Source: an uncultured bacterium
GTDB taxonomy: Bacteria; Cyanobacteriota; Vampirovibrionia; Gastranaerophilales; Gastranaerophilaceae
Reading direction: 5' to 3'
Assembly: GCA_902774905.1 (NCBI GenBank)
Contig: CACYKF010000003.1
Coordinates: 2,174-66,173 of the forward strand
DNA: 64,000 nucleotides
The notes under the pieces were generated by a model. It saw nothing but the letters and a program-made list of their open reading frames with translations. It did no database searches and was not told the origin of the DNA. Shown here in pieces: positions 47,948-56,197 of the stretch (within the stretch, counting starts at the first letter, position 1; each line of letters begins with the position of its first letter). A program made the translations under genes and the position numbers.

Positions 47948-50900
47948 TTACAAATAAATTTTAAGTATTACGGTTGTGCTCTGGTCATTTCCCACACTAT
48001 TTGGGGCTTTCAAGACCTTTAAAGTTTGGTTAACAGATTGTAACACAATATTATCTACCTGTGCCGAACCACTTGATAGCAATATTTTTGCCTGACTGAA
48101 TGAACCGTCCTTGTTGTAAAGAACACTCAGCCTAATCTGATCGGAATAAGTATAATCAGTAGCAAGAAGTAAATCACTTGACAAAGATGCTTTCAAACTC
48201 TTACCTGCAGACTGAAAATATTGTTTAAAGTTAGTATCAAAAGAAATATAATCAGGGACTTCCCAACTCAATTTTCTCACTGACAGGAATGAAGTTGCAG
48301 GAATAGGTTTTGCTGCCTGTTGAACTGCCGCATTTTGAACATTTTGACCTGTATTAGCATTAGAACCTGCATGTTGCGGGACTGTACTTTGTGACTGTGC
48401 ATTATTATTCATAACAACATTACTGTTATCAGGATTTACAGTAGGTACATCATTACCAAGATTGTTATTCAATGCCGTATTATCAGTAACTAACGGTTCA
48501 TTGTCTTTTGGTATAGGATTCATAAATTTTGAAACGGATAAAATTATTATACTTGCAATCATGATAACAAGTGCAAGTCCGCCAACACCAAGAACTATCG
48601 GTATTATTTTCCCTTTTTCATTCACTACGGGGGCTACACTATTTAATCCGTTATCATCAGGAATAACTGTGCTGTTATTGCTATAAAGTTCTTCTAAATG
48701 TTCATTACCGCCTGAAATATCAACTTTCGAAGAGTCTTTATTGATATCAATAAAAATTTCTCCCGGATTATGATTTTTATCTGTTATCACAAATGAATTT
48801 TCTTTTACCGTATCTGAATTGAGTAAAATATCTACGGCAGAATCATCAGCAAAATAATCGATTTCCGAATTATCGTCAATCGGTGAAACCGTTTCAAAGT
48901 TAGCAAAATCTTCTACTTCCGCAAAACTTACTTCTGCGTTGTATGGTTCAGTCGTCGGCACATCCCCAAAATCAGAAAAATTAACCAATCCGTATTCATC
49001 AGAATCTGTATGTTCTTCAACCTGTTCTGTCGGCAATTCGTCAAAATCGTGAGCATCTTCACTATATTCAGAAAGAACAGAACTTTTTTCCTCAGAAACA
49101 TATTCAGGAAGTTCAAGTCCTATACCATTAGAGATATCATCAAGGTCGGCTTTAAACTCCTCATTCCCATTAGCAGTAGTATCAGCCGATGCAGATTTAC
49201 TATCATTTATAATCAAATCATCATCTCCGGACTCAATATCATCACGAACTGAAGATAAATCTTCATCTAAAATATTTTCATCGGCATCATTTTCAGAAAC
49301 ATCGGAATCAATTTCTGAATTCTCAACATCTTTCGTTTCAGAATTTGCATCATTTATTTCCAAATCAATTGATTCAAAATTAATCGGGTCATCCGGAACT
49401 TCACCGGTTGGGACTTCAGAAATTTCACCTATATCAAAAACACTGTCATCATCAGAATCAAATATATCTGCAAATCCATCAGTTTCAACATCAAGAGTTT
49501 CACCAATATCAAATAACTCTTTGTTTTCAGAATCAGAACTCTCATCAGAAATATTTTTATCTTCATCATTAATAACAGTTTCTTCATCTGTTTTTAATAT
49601 ATTTTCATCGTTTAACTCTTCACCAGATAGCATAGTATTTTCGGCATCTTCTGAAATATCAGGTTCGATAATTAAAGACTCCGTTTCGGAAATATCAGCA
49701 TCTTCTGACAACACAACATCATCATTCGTATCATCATTTTGTTCTTCAATCTCACTTACTTCAATCTCACTTTCAGAAGGTTCTTCAGTAATAAAATCCT
49801 CAAACCCGTCTAAATTCACATCTGAATCAAAATTATCCAAATTTAATTCTTCTTCATCCAAAGTCGAATCTTCTGAATCAAATGTTTGTTCAGACTCTAA
49901 AGTTTTATCTTGAATATCAGCTGTTTCTTCAGAAATTTCTTCAGTTTTATCTGTTTCATCAAATTTTTCTACAATTTCAGAAATCGATTCATCCGAAATT
50001 TGTTGTTTCGGCTCATTAGGACTATCATCCACAATATTATCCTGAATTGAATTTTCTGTAACACTTTGTTCTTCTGATATCCCAACATCTGAAGACGAAT
50101 CTTCAATATCTGCTGCAGAAGTATTATCAGATATTTCATCAAGAGTTAAATCTTCTTCTGACAAATCCAAGTTCGGAAAATCAGAGATATCTTCCCCGAA
50201 AATATCATCTTCTTCTACAATATTTTCGGGTTCAACAGAGTTATCGGCTTTTGGCACATCTTCAATAACTGCGTCATACTGATTTTCATTTTGGGATGTA
50301 GAAGTTTGGCTATCCTCATCAGAAATTTCTGCTTCTTTTTCGAAATTTTCAGATAACTCAATATCTTCTTCTAAAACATTTGTCACATCAATATTGTCTG
50401 ATATACCGTCATCAAGTAATTCTTCTGCAGCATCAGCAATTGTTTCCCCTGCCATGCCTGCAAGTTCTATTGCTTCATCGGAGACTGCATTTGCCCCAAA
50501 TACTTTTGCATCTTCAACTGCTCCTGCAACCGCAGATATAGTGTCTGCCGCCCCTGCTGCAAATTTTACCCCGTCAACAACATCATCAAGCAAACTGTCG
50601 CCGTTTAAATCCTGAGGTTTTTCATCCTTAACCTCATTTGCAGATTCGGTATCTTGCACCTCATCAACAGGAGCATCAGTCATATTTACAAAATCATCAA
50701 AATCTACAACTTCATTTTGGGCAAGACTGTTTGATTTTGATACTTGCAAAGCCGTTGCTACCCTTGAAGCAAGAGTTTCAAAATTATCGTATTCAAGCAC
50801 CGCATTTCTTAAACTGTTGCTTTTTAGAAGAAGAGAAATAAATTCATTAAATTCTTCATCAGTTACATCATGATCCGCAACAGCAACAGAAAGTTCACGA

Positions 50901-51436
50901 CCTCGCAAAATTTGTTCTTCTGTAAGATTTTTATCGGTTGTACCGCTATAAGCATTGATAAAATCTATCATTTCAAACGGGGATTTCAACTTTTCTGGTT
51001 CAAGGAAATAATATTCACCATTACAGTTATTTAAATTGATTGCAGACGGTTCAAAAAAACCGATAAAATTAATTCGCTGAAAACTTTTGTCATATTTTAG
51101 AACAGCATAAATGTCAGGAACAATACCTAAATCATAATGAGATTTTGGAATAAAAATTTCATATTCATTGAAAATTACTCTGACATCTATATGGATATTT
51201 TTTAATATAACATCTGCAATATCAACTTTTTCAACAATTCTTTTTATGGAATGAATACTCGCAATACCATCTGTATCTACACCTAACTTTTCAAGATATG
51301 AAATAATAGCCTCTGACCCGATTACATTAAAAAATATTCTGTTTTGAACAGAAGTATCAATAAAATTAGATGCCATAAATTGCGCTTCTGCCAAATTATC
51401 CTTTGTAATTTCAACTAATTCTGTTTCTAAATTCAT
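47948..51436 (-). CDS. 1162-aa acidic single-pass membrane protein with TonB_C-like C-terminus
   Basis: AGGGGAG RBS. Globular N-domain (about 240 aa), a D/E/S/N-rich region (about 48737-50719), TM helix IIPIVLGVGGLALVIMIASIIILSV (48533-48607), an N/Q linker and a C-terminal ...DGSFSQAKILLSSGSAQVDNIVLQSV... Confidence 0.8.
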   Translation of the reverse strand: MNLETELVEITKDNLAEAQFMASNFIDTSVQNRIFFNVIGSEAIISYLEKLGVDTDGIASIHSIKRIVEKVDIADVILKNIHIDVRVIFNEYEIFIPKSHYDLGIVPDIYAVLKYDKSFQRINFIGFFEPSAINLNNCNGEYYFLEPEKLKSPFEMIDFINAYSGTTDKNLTEEQILRGRELSVAVADHDVTDEEFNEFISLLLKSNSLRNAVLEYDNFETLASRVATALQVSKSNSLAQNEVVDFDDFVNMTDAPVDEVQDTESANEVKDEKPQDLNGDSLLDDVVDGVKFAAGAADTISAVAGAVEDAKVFGANAVSDEAIELAGMAGETIADAAEELLDDGISDNIDVTNVLEEDIELSENFEKEAEISDEDSQTSTSQNENQYDAVIEDVPKADNSVEPENIVEEDDIFGEDISDFPNLDLSEEDLTLDEISDNTSAADIEDSSSDVGISEEQSVTENSIQDNIVDDSPNEPKQQISDESISEIVEKFDETDKTEEISEETADIQDKTLESEQTFDSEDSTLDEEELNLDNFDSDVNLDGFEDFITEEPSESEIEVSEIEEQNDDTNDDVVLSEDADISETESLIIEPDISEDAENTMLSGEELNDENILKTDEETVINDEDKNISDESSDSENKELFDIGETLDVETDGFADIFDSDDDSVFDIGEISEVPTGEVPDDPINFESIDLEINDANSETKDVENSEIDSDVSENDADENILDEDLSSVRDDIESGDDDLIINDSKSASADTTANGNEEFKADLDDISNGIGLELPEYVSEEKSSVLSEYSEDAHDFDELPTEQVEEHTDSDEYGLVNFSDFGDVPTTEPYNAEVSFAEVEDFANFETVSPIDDNSEIDYFADDSAVDILLNSDTVKENSFVITDKNHNPGEIFIDINKDSSKVDISGGNEHLEELYSNNSTVIPDDNGLNSVAPVVNEKGKIIPIVLGVGGLALVIMIASIIILSVSKFMNPIPKDNEPLVTDNTALNNNLGNDVPTVNPDNSNVVMNNNAQSQSTVPQHAGSNANTGQNVQNAAVQQAAKPIPATSFLSVRKLSWEVPDYISFDTNFKQYFQSAGKSLKASLSSDLLLATDYTYSDQIRLSVLYNKDGSFSQAKILLSSGSAQVDNIVLQSVNQTLKVLKAPNSVGNDQSTTVILKIYL

Positions 51437-51604
51437 GCTTAATCTCCCCTTCTAAATATATAGATGACACCTAAAAAAAAATTATTCCAAAAATATTGTA
51501 AATTTTTGTAAAGATATTGGAAAAATGCTCATTATTTTGTCAAAATCATAAAGTCAGTTGTTTTTATATGCTTGTGAAGTAAATGTGTTCAAGGAGGTTT
51601 TCTC

Positions 51605-52027
51605 ATGTCTTTAAGTGTTAATCCTGTTTCGAGTGTAAGTTTTCGTGCTCAAGAAGTCGTTCAACCAAGTGCAGAAGATATTTTAAGCCGTCCGGGGGCT
51701 TTTGCAAAACCGGAAACTACATACTCACAACCTGCAAAGAAAAAACATACTTTTCTTAAATATGTAGCAGGAGCATTGATTACAGCAGGGGTATTAGCAG
51801 GAGCATTATACGGTCTTAAAAGAGGATTCCCTAATGTATTTAAAGTCACTGAAGACATAAGCAAACTTGAAGGTGGGGTTCTCAAAAAAACACAGGCTTA
51901 CATTACAACAGGTGTGGCAAAAGGTGCCGAATATGTCGAAAAATGCGCTGATAAAGTTGTTAATTATTCCACAAAAGGATGGGATAAATTAAAAGGATTA
52001 TTTAAAAGTACAAAACCCGATGCTTAA
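51605..52027 (+). CDS. hypothetical small membrane-anchored protein
   Basis: 140 aa with a strong AAGGAGG RBS and one TM helix (YVAGALITAGVLAGALYGL). Its terminator is at 52045-52073. Confidence 0.6.
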   Translation: MSLSVNPVSSVSFRAQEVVQPSAEDILSRPGAFAKPETTYSQPAKKKHTFLKYVAGALITAGVLAGALYGLKRGFPNVFKVTEDISKLEGGVLKKTQAYITTGVAKGAEYVEKCADKVVNYSTKGWDKLKGLFKSTKPDA

Positions 52028-52044
52028 TCATAACTTAATAAATA

Positions 52045-52073
52045 AAAAGACTCTTTAAAAAGAGTCTTTTTTA
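52045..52073 (+). terminator. intrinsic terminator
   Basis: aaagactctt-taaa-aagagtcttt hairpin followed by a T-run. Confidence 0.75.
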
Positions 52074-52156
52074 TTGTTGGAGAATATTGAAGTATATGAT
52101 ATAATAGAGATGTAATTCGTTTTAAGCACTTATAAAGTTCTGAAAGAAAGGACTTT

Positions 52157-53902
52157 ATGAGTTATACACTACCTTATACTTTTGTCCCCGGAACAAAAGC
52201 AAGAGCGCAGGAAGTAAATGCCGATTTTTCAGCAATAATTGACGCACTTGATGATACAGATGTAAGAAAAGTTAATACCGATTTTTCAAATATATCCTCA
52301 GAAGCAATAGACATTATAAAAAATAATTCTTCTATTCGTAACCTTGGGGAACTTATTTTTTCACCTATTCCTTTAACAGATTCAAGTCTTCACCTGCTTG
52401 ATGGCAGCACATTGCAAAGAACGGGAATATATGGAGATTTTGTAAGTTATATTGCAAAAAAATATAATACAGATGTTTCTTATAATTCAGATATGTTCTC
52501 TACAACCGGAACCGTATCCGTAACAGGCGACGGTATAGCAAGCGGTTTTAGTACAAGTAACTATGTAAAAGCCGAAGGGGCATATCCTATTGGAGAAGAT
52601 TTTGAATTATACCTGCCTTTTACACCTTCCCAAAAAACAAGCAACTCCGAAATATACAGAGCAACCGAATCAGGTTCATTCAGATTCGTATGTAACCAAA
52701 TAACCAACGGCTCTGTAATGTTTAATATGACAGACGGAATAAATGGCTTAGGATCACCTGTTTTAGTACAGAATACCAACCTTGTGGTTGGAGATAGTTA
52801 TATTTTAGTCATAAAGCAAAAAAATCATACATGTACATATGGATATATCCATAACGGACTGTACACACAAACAGGGACAAAATCAAATTTTCCAATAAAC
52901 ATTTCAACCATTACGAACTTTATGATTGGACGAGGAGCAAATACAGGTTTTGACGGTTCAATAGACTTAAAACAGTTTAAACTTGTTATAAATGGAGAAG
53001 AAATCATAAACGGAAGTAAAATTAATAATTACTTTACTGATGAAGAATCATGGCAGCAAAGTGTAAACAAATACGGAGAATGTGCAAAGTTTGTTTATAA
53101 TCCTACCGAAAACACTGTCAGACTTCCAAAGATAAAAGGATTAATTGAATACACAACATCTACATCGGAACTTGGGGAATTAACAGAAGCAGGGCTGCCT
53201 AATATCACCGGGAAACAAAATGAAGTCAGACGCGACGGAAATCCTAATAATGAGGGGGCGTTACATTCATCTCATACAAGGACAGGGGTATCGAGCGGAA
53301 CCGGAGGAGGTCAGGCTGCGGATATTTACTTTGATGCAAGTTGGTCAAACCCGATTTACGGCAAATCTTCAACCGTACAGCCTCAAACCGTAAAATATCT
53401 CGTTTATATTGTAGTAGCAAGTACCCCGAAAACTAATATTCAAGTCGATATTGACCAAATAGCCACAGACATAAATGGAAAACTTGACAAAGATTTGAGT
53501 AACATAGAAGTATCTAATATTCGTAATTTTGACGGTCAATGGACATATAAATACATGCTAATCAACAACTCTAATGTAAGCGCCGGCAAATACGATGTAG
53601 ACCTATCATCGTATCTTCCAGATGATCAATACAAGTATGAGGTGATTGTAAATATCTATGCTACACAAAATACAAGTACAACAAACGCCTTTGTTATTTT
53701 ATCTTCAAGTATTATAACAGAACCGGGGACATCCGGTACATTCTCCTGCCTTGCTGTAAATTCAAACAGCTCGGTATCCGGGACACAAACAATATTCCCT
53801 GTTGGTAATAACAAAATTTTATCTTATAGGCTTGGCGGACAAAATTTTGATGCAATGTTTATACGCTTATATGGTTACAGACGAATAGGTACAAATAATT
53901 AG
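52157..53902 (+). CDS. phage tail-collar / LamG-like fibre protein
   Basis: LGELIFSPIPL...LLDGSTL...YGDF (collar-like). A middle domain ends with GSIDLKQFKLVINGEEI (LamG/ConA-like ending). Then GLPNITGK...FDASWSNPIYGKSSTVQPQTV (tail-fibre-like). Confidence 0.65.
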   Translation: MSYTLPYTFVPGTKARAQEVNADFSAIIDALDDTDVRKVNTDFSNISSEAIDIIKNNSSIRNLGELIFSPIPLTDSSLHLLDGSTLQRTGIYGDFVSYIAKKYNTDVSYNSDMFSTTGTVSVTGDGIASGFSTSNYVKAEGAYPIGEDFELYLPFTPSQKTSNSEIYRATESGSFRFVCNQITNGSVMFNMTDGINGLGSPVLVQNTNLVVGDSYILVIKQKNHTCTYGYIHNGLYTQTGTKSNFPINISTITNFMIGRGANTGFDGSIDLKQFKLVINGEEIINGSKINNYFTDEESWQQSVNKYGECAKFVYNPTENTVRLPKIKGLIEYTTSTSELGELTEAGLPNITGKQNEVRRDGNPNNEGALHSSHTRTGVSSGTGGGQAADIYFDASWSNPIYGKSSTVQPQTVKYLVYIVVASTPKTNIQVDIDQIATDINGKLDKDLSNIEVSNIRNFDGQWTYKYMLINNSNVSAGKYDVDLSSYLPDDQYKYEVIVNIYATQNTSTTNAFVILSSSIITEPGTSGTFSCLAVNSNSSVSGTQTIFPVGNNKILSYRLGGQNFDAMFIRLYGYRRIGTNN

Positions 53903-53915
53903 GAGGTAGTTTTAT

Positions 53916-54428
53916 ATGTATTATGCAATAATAAAAAATAATGAAATCATTGGCACAAGTGAATGTCCATACGCAAATAAAGATATCGAAAATATAGAAA
54001 TAAGCGAAGAAATTTTTAACGAAATAGAAAAATATACATATTTTGAAGGCGAAATTATTCCGGACACTCATTATGAAGAAAAACAAGCGCAAAAGGAACA
54101 AGAGCGTATTAATAGACTTTCAATGACCCGTTCGGATTTCTTCGACGGCACAATAAAAGCATTTGGGGTTGACGGCAATGATCTGCTGATTATTATAGAA
54201 AACATACTGAATACTCTTAAAATTGACACAATTGAGAAAAAAATTGCGATAAATAACTACCGCAATGCGCTGAATTTTTACAGAAATCATACACTTTTCA
54301 CATTGTTAAGCAATATTCCAATAAAGATATCCGAGGATTTGACAATAACTATTACGGATAAACAATGGGATAAATTCTTTGACGAAACAGATAAGAAAAA
54401 TCCTGAAGCCTACAAAGAACTTTTATAG
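53916..54428 (+). CDS. hypothetical protein, possible fibre assembly/chaperone partner
   Basis: 170 aa with an AGGAGG RBS 13 nt after the fibre-gene stop. The call is based on position only. Confidence 0.45.
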   Translation: MYYAIIKNNEIIGTSECPYANKDIENIEISEEIFNEIEKYTYFEGEIIPDTHYEEKQAQKEQERINRLSMTRSDFFDGTIKAFGVDGNDLLIIIENILNTLKIDTIEKKIAINNYRNALNFYRNHTLFTLLSNIPIKISEDLTITITDKQWDKFFDETDKKNPEAYKELL

Positions 54429-54446
54429 AGAGTTACATGGATTGTT

Positions 54447-54477
54447 GACCATCTGTAAAACAGATGGTCTTTTTTTT
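54447..54477 (+). terminator. intrinsic terminator
   Basis: gaccatctg-taaaa-cagatggtc hairpin followed by T8. Confidence 0.8.
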
Positions 54478-54544
54478 ACAATTCTTAATATATAAATAAG
54501 TGTTTAATATACGCTTGCATAGTGATTTTACGGGAATAAATAAA

Positions 54545-54580
54545 GTCAAACAATTAGAATCTTTCTTCAAATTGTTTGAC
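54545..54580. promoter_or_regulatory. 11-bp-arm perfect palindrome overlapping a -35 box
   Basis: gtcaaacaatt-N14-aattgtttgac. The right arm contains most of the TTGACA box at 54576-54581. Confidence 0.5.
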
Positions 54581-54604
54581 AAAAAATAAAAAAAATAATA
54601 TTAT
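54576..54604 (+). promoter_or_regulatory. near-consensus sigma-70 promoter
   Basis: TTGACA-17 nt-TATTAT, 37 nt upstream of the ATG at 54641. Confidence 0.65.
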
Positions 54605-54640
54605 TACTACATAAGTAGTAGAAAGTATGGAAAGAGTTTT

Positions 54641-54829
54641 ATGAGAGTAGATAGTATAAAAGGTACGGTAATATTTGGGAACAGAACAAACGGAATGGTC
54701 ATACCATCGGATATTGGTAAAAAGATAAAAACTTCAAGCGGAAGCAATTATTCGCCTATATTTGGCAGTATGGGTTTTAAACCGATTGCGGTTCCGATTT
54801 GTGACACATTTGTTCATGTATTCAAATAG
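54641..54829 (+). CDS. hypothetical small protein (62 aa)
   Basis: Has its own promoter, a GGAAAGAG RBS and a terminator at 54871-54904. No family recognised. Confidence 0.45.
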   Translation: MRVDSIKGTVIFGNRTNGMVIPSDIGKKIKTSSGSNYSPIFGSMGFKPIAVPICDTFVHVFK

Positions 54830-54870
54830 ATATTCATATATAATATCCTTCTTATAACTACTATATGCAC

Positions 54871-54904
54871 AAGGCCTCTTCCCAATTTGAGGTCTTTTAT
54901 TTTG
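54871..54904 (+). terminator. intrinsic terminator
   Basis: aaggcctc / gaggtctt hairpin (one G-U pair) followed by ttattttg. Confidence 0.6.
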
Positions 54905-54912
54905 TGATGTTC

Positions 54913-54941
54913 TTGATTTTAGAAAGTTGTTGTGTTAATAT
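54913..54941 (+). promoter_or_regulatory. promoter candidate for tRNA-Gly
   Basis: TTGATT-17 nt-TAATAT, ending 11 nt before the tRNA 5' end. Confidence 0.5.
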
Positions 54942-54952
54942 GAGTGTGCAGT

Positions 54953-55024
54953 GCGGAAGTAACTCAGTGGTAGAGTTCCTGCCTTCCAAGCAGGCTGTCG
55001 CGAGTTCGAGTCTCGTCTTCCGCT
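54953..55024 (+). tRNA. tRNA-Gly (anticodon UCC)
   Basis: Folded by hand. Acceptor GCGGAAG/CTTCCGC, D-stem ACTC/GAGT, anticodon stem CCTGC/GCAGG with loop CTTCCAA, T-arm GCGAG-TTCGAGT-CTCGT. CCA is not encoded. Confidence 0.9.
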
Positions 55025-55028
55025 AATT

Positions 55029-55064
55029 AAAACAGATGGACTTTTGTTCATCTGTTTTAATTTG
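55029..55064 (+). terminator. intrinsic terminator after tRNA-Gly
   Basis: aaaacagatg / catctgtttt stem followed by aatttg. Confidence 0.65.
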
Positions 55065-55183
55065 TTGTATCGCATATACTTGATAAATTATTAATATACA
55101 AAACTTCAAAAATAAAACTCTAAATATAATATTTATGCTAATATATTAGGTATATTAGGGATAAGTAAATGTAAGGAGTTAGA

Positions 55184-56173
55184 ATGACTGTGACTTTAGA
55201 TAAAACGGATTCTGTCCAATTACTAAAAGACAAAGACTGTGCAATTCGTACAGTGGATATGGAAGTTGACACGCTTGAAAAACTTAAAAACAGTATCGGA
55301 GCAGAACTGACTGATGCGCTTGATGCTATGCAGAGTGCGAAAGGGAGAATTATTATTACAGGTATGGGCAAATCCGGGCATATCGGTAAAAAAATTGCAG
55401 CATCTCTTGCTTCAACAGGGACTCCATCATTTTTTGTTCATCCTGCAGAAGCAAGCCACGGCGATTTGGGTATGATTACAGAAGACGATGTAGTACTTGC
55501 AATCTCTAACAGTGGAGAATCTAAAGAACTCGTCGATATTTTAAATTACTGCAAAAGATTCGGGATTAAACTTATTTCAATTACAAAAAATCCGCAAAGT
55601 TCATTAGGCAAAGCAGGTGATATCGTTTTAACATTACCAAACAACGGTGAAGCATGCCCGTTAGGACTTGCTCCGACAAGTTCTACTACCGCAACACTTG
55701 TTTTGGGCGACATTTTAACAACTTGTTTAATCGAAAGAAAAGGATTTACAAAAGAAGATTTCAATAACAGGCATCCGGGAGGGAAATTGGGTTCTATATT
55801 ACAAAAAGTTTCAGACCTTATGCATACCGGAGAAGAAATGCCTATTTTGGACGAAAAATCAGGAATGAAAGAAGCACTTTTAGAAATGACAACAAAGCGC
55901 CTTGGTTGTGTCGGATTTATTAATTCAGACGGAGAACTAACAGGAATGTTAACTGATGGGGACTTGAGAAGATGTTTATCTCCTCAGGTGCTTGAAAGAT
56001 GTGCAGGAGAACTTATGACTAAGAATCCTAAAACTATTTCAAAAGACGCTATGGCATCTTCAGCAATGAAAATTATGCATGATAAAAAGATTACGAATTT
56101 ATTTGTAGTTGAAAACAAAAAACCTGTCGGAATTATTCACATTCACGATTTATTAAATAATGGAGTTATATAA
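55184..56173 (+). CDS. kpsF: arabinose-5-phosphate isomerase (KpsF/GutQ family)
   Basis: SIS domain (GMGKSGHIGKKIAASLASTG) plus two CBS domains. Confidence 0.9.
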   Translation: MTVTLDKTDSVQLLKDKDCAIRTVDMEVDTLEKLKNSIGAELTDALDAMQSAKGRIIITGMGKSGHIGKKIAASLASTGTPSFFVHPAEASHGDLGMITEDDVVLAISNSGESKELVDILNYCKRFGIKLISITKNPQSSLGKAGDIVLTLPNNGEACPLGLAPTSSTTATLVLGDILTTCLIERKGFTKEDFNNRHPGGKLGSILQKVSDLMHTGEEMPILDEKSGMKEALLEMTTKRLGCVGFINSDGELTGMLTDGDLRRCLSPQVLERCAGELMTKNPKTISKDAMASSAMKIMHDKKITNLFVVENKKPVGIIHIHDLLNNGVI

Positions 56174-56197
56174 ATAGATATTAAGGGATAAAGATAT

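Noticed and set aside
9685-54625. Shared 5'-leader motif AGTAG(A/T)AGTAGAAA upstream of rpmF, the SLH gene and the 62-aa ORF
   Set aside because: There are only three imperfect occurrences of a purine-rich string in AT-rich leaders. Chance or generic RBS-proximal composition explains it adequately.
51605-55064. Complete prophage or genomic island at tRNA-Gly
   Set aside because: Only a fibre-like gene and one partner are phage-like. There is no integrase, capsid, terminase or lysis gene. The 18-bp repeat brackets the tRNA rather than the fibre genes. I kept it only as a low-interest remnant hypothesis.
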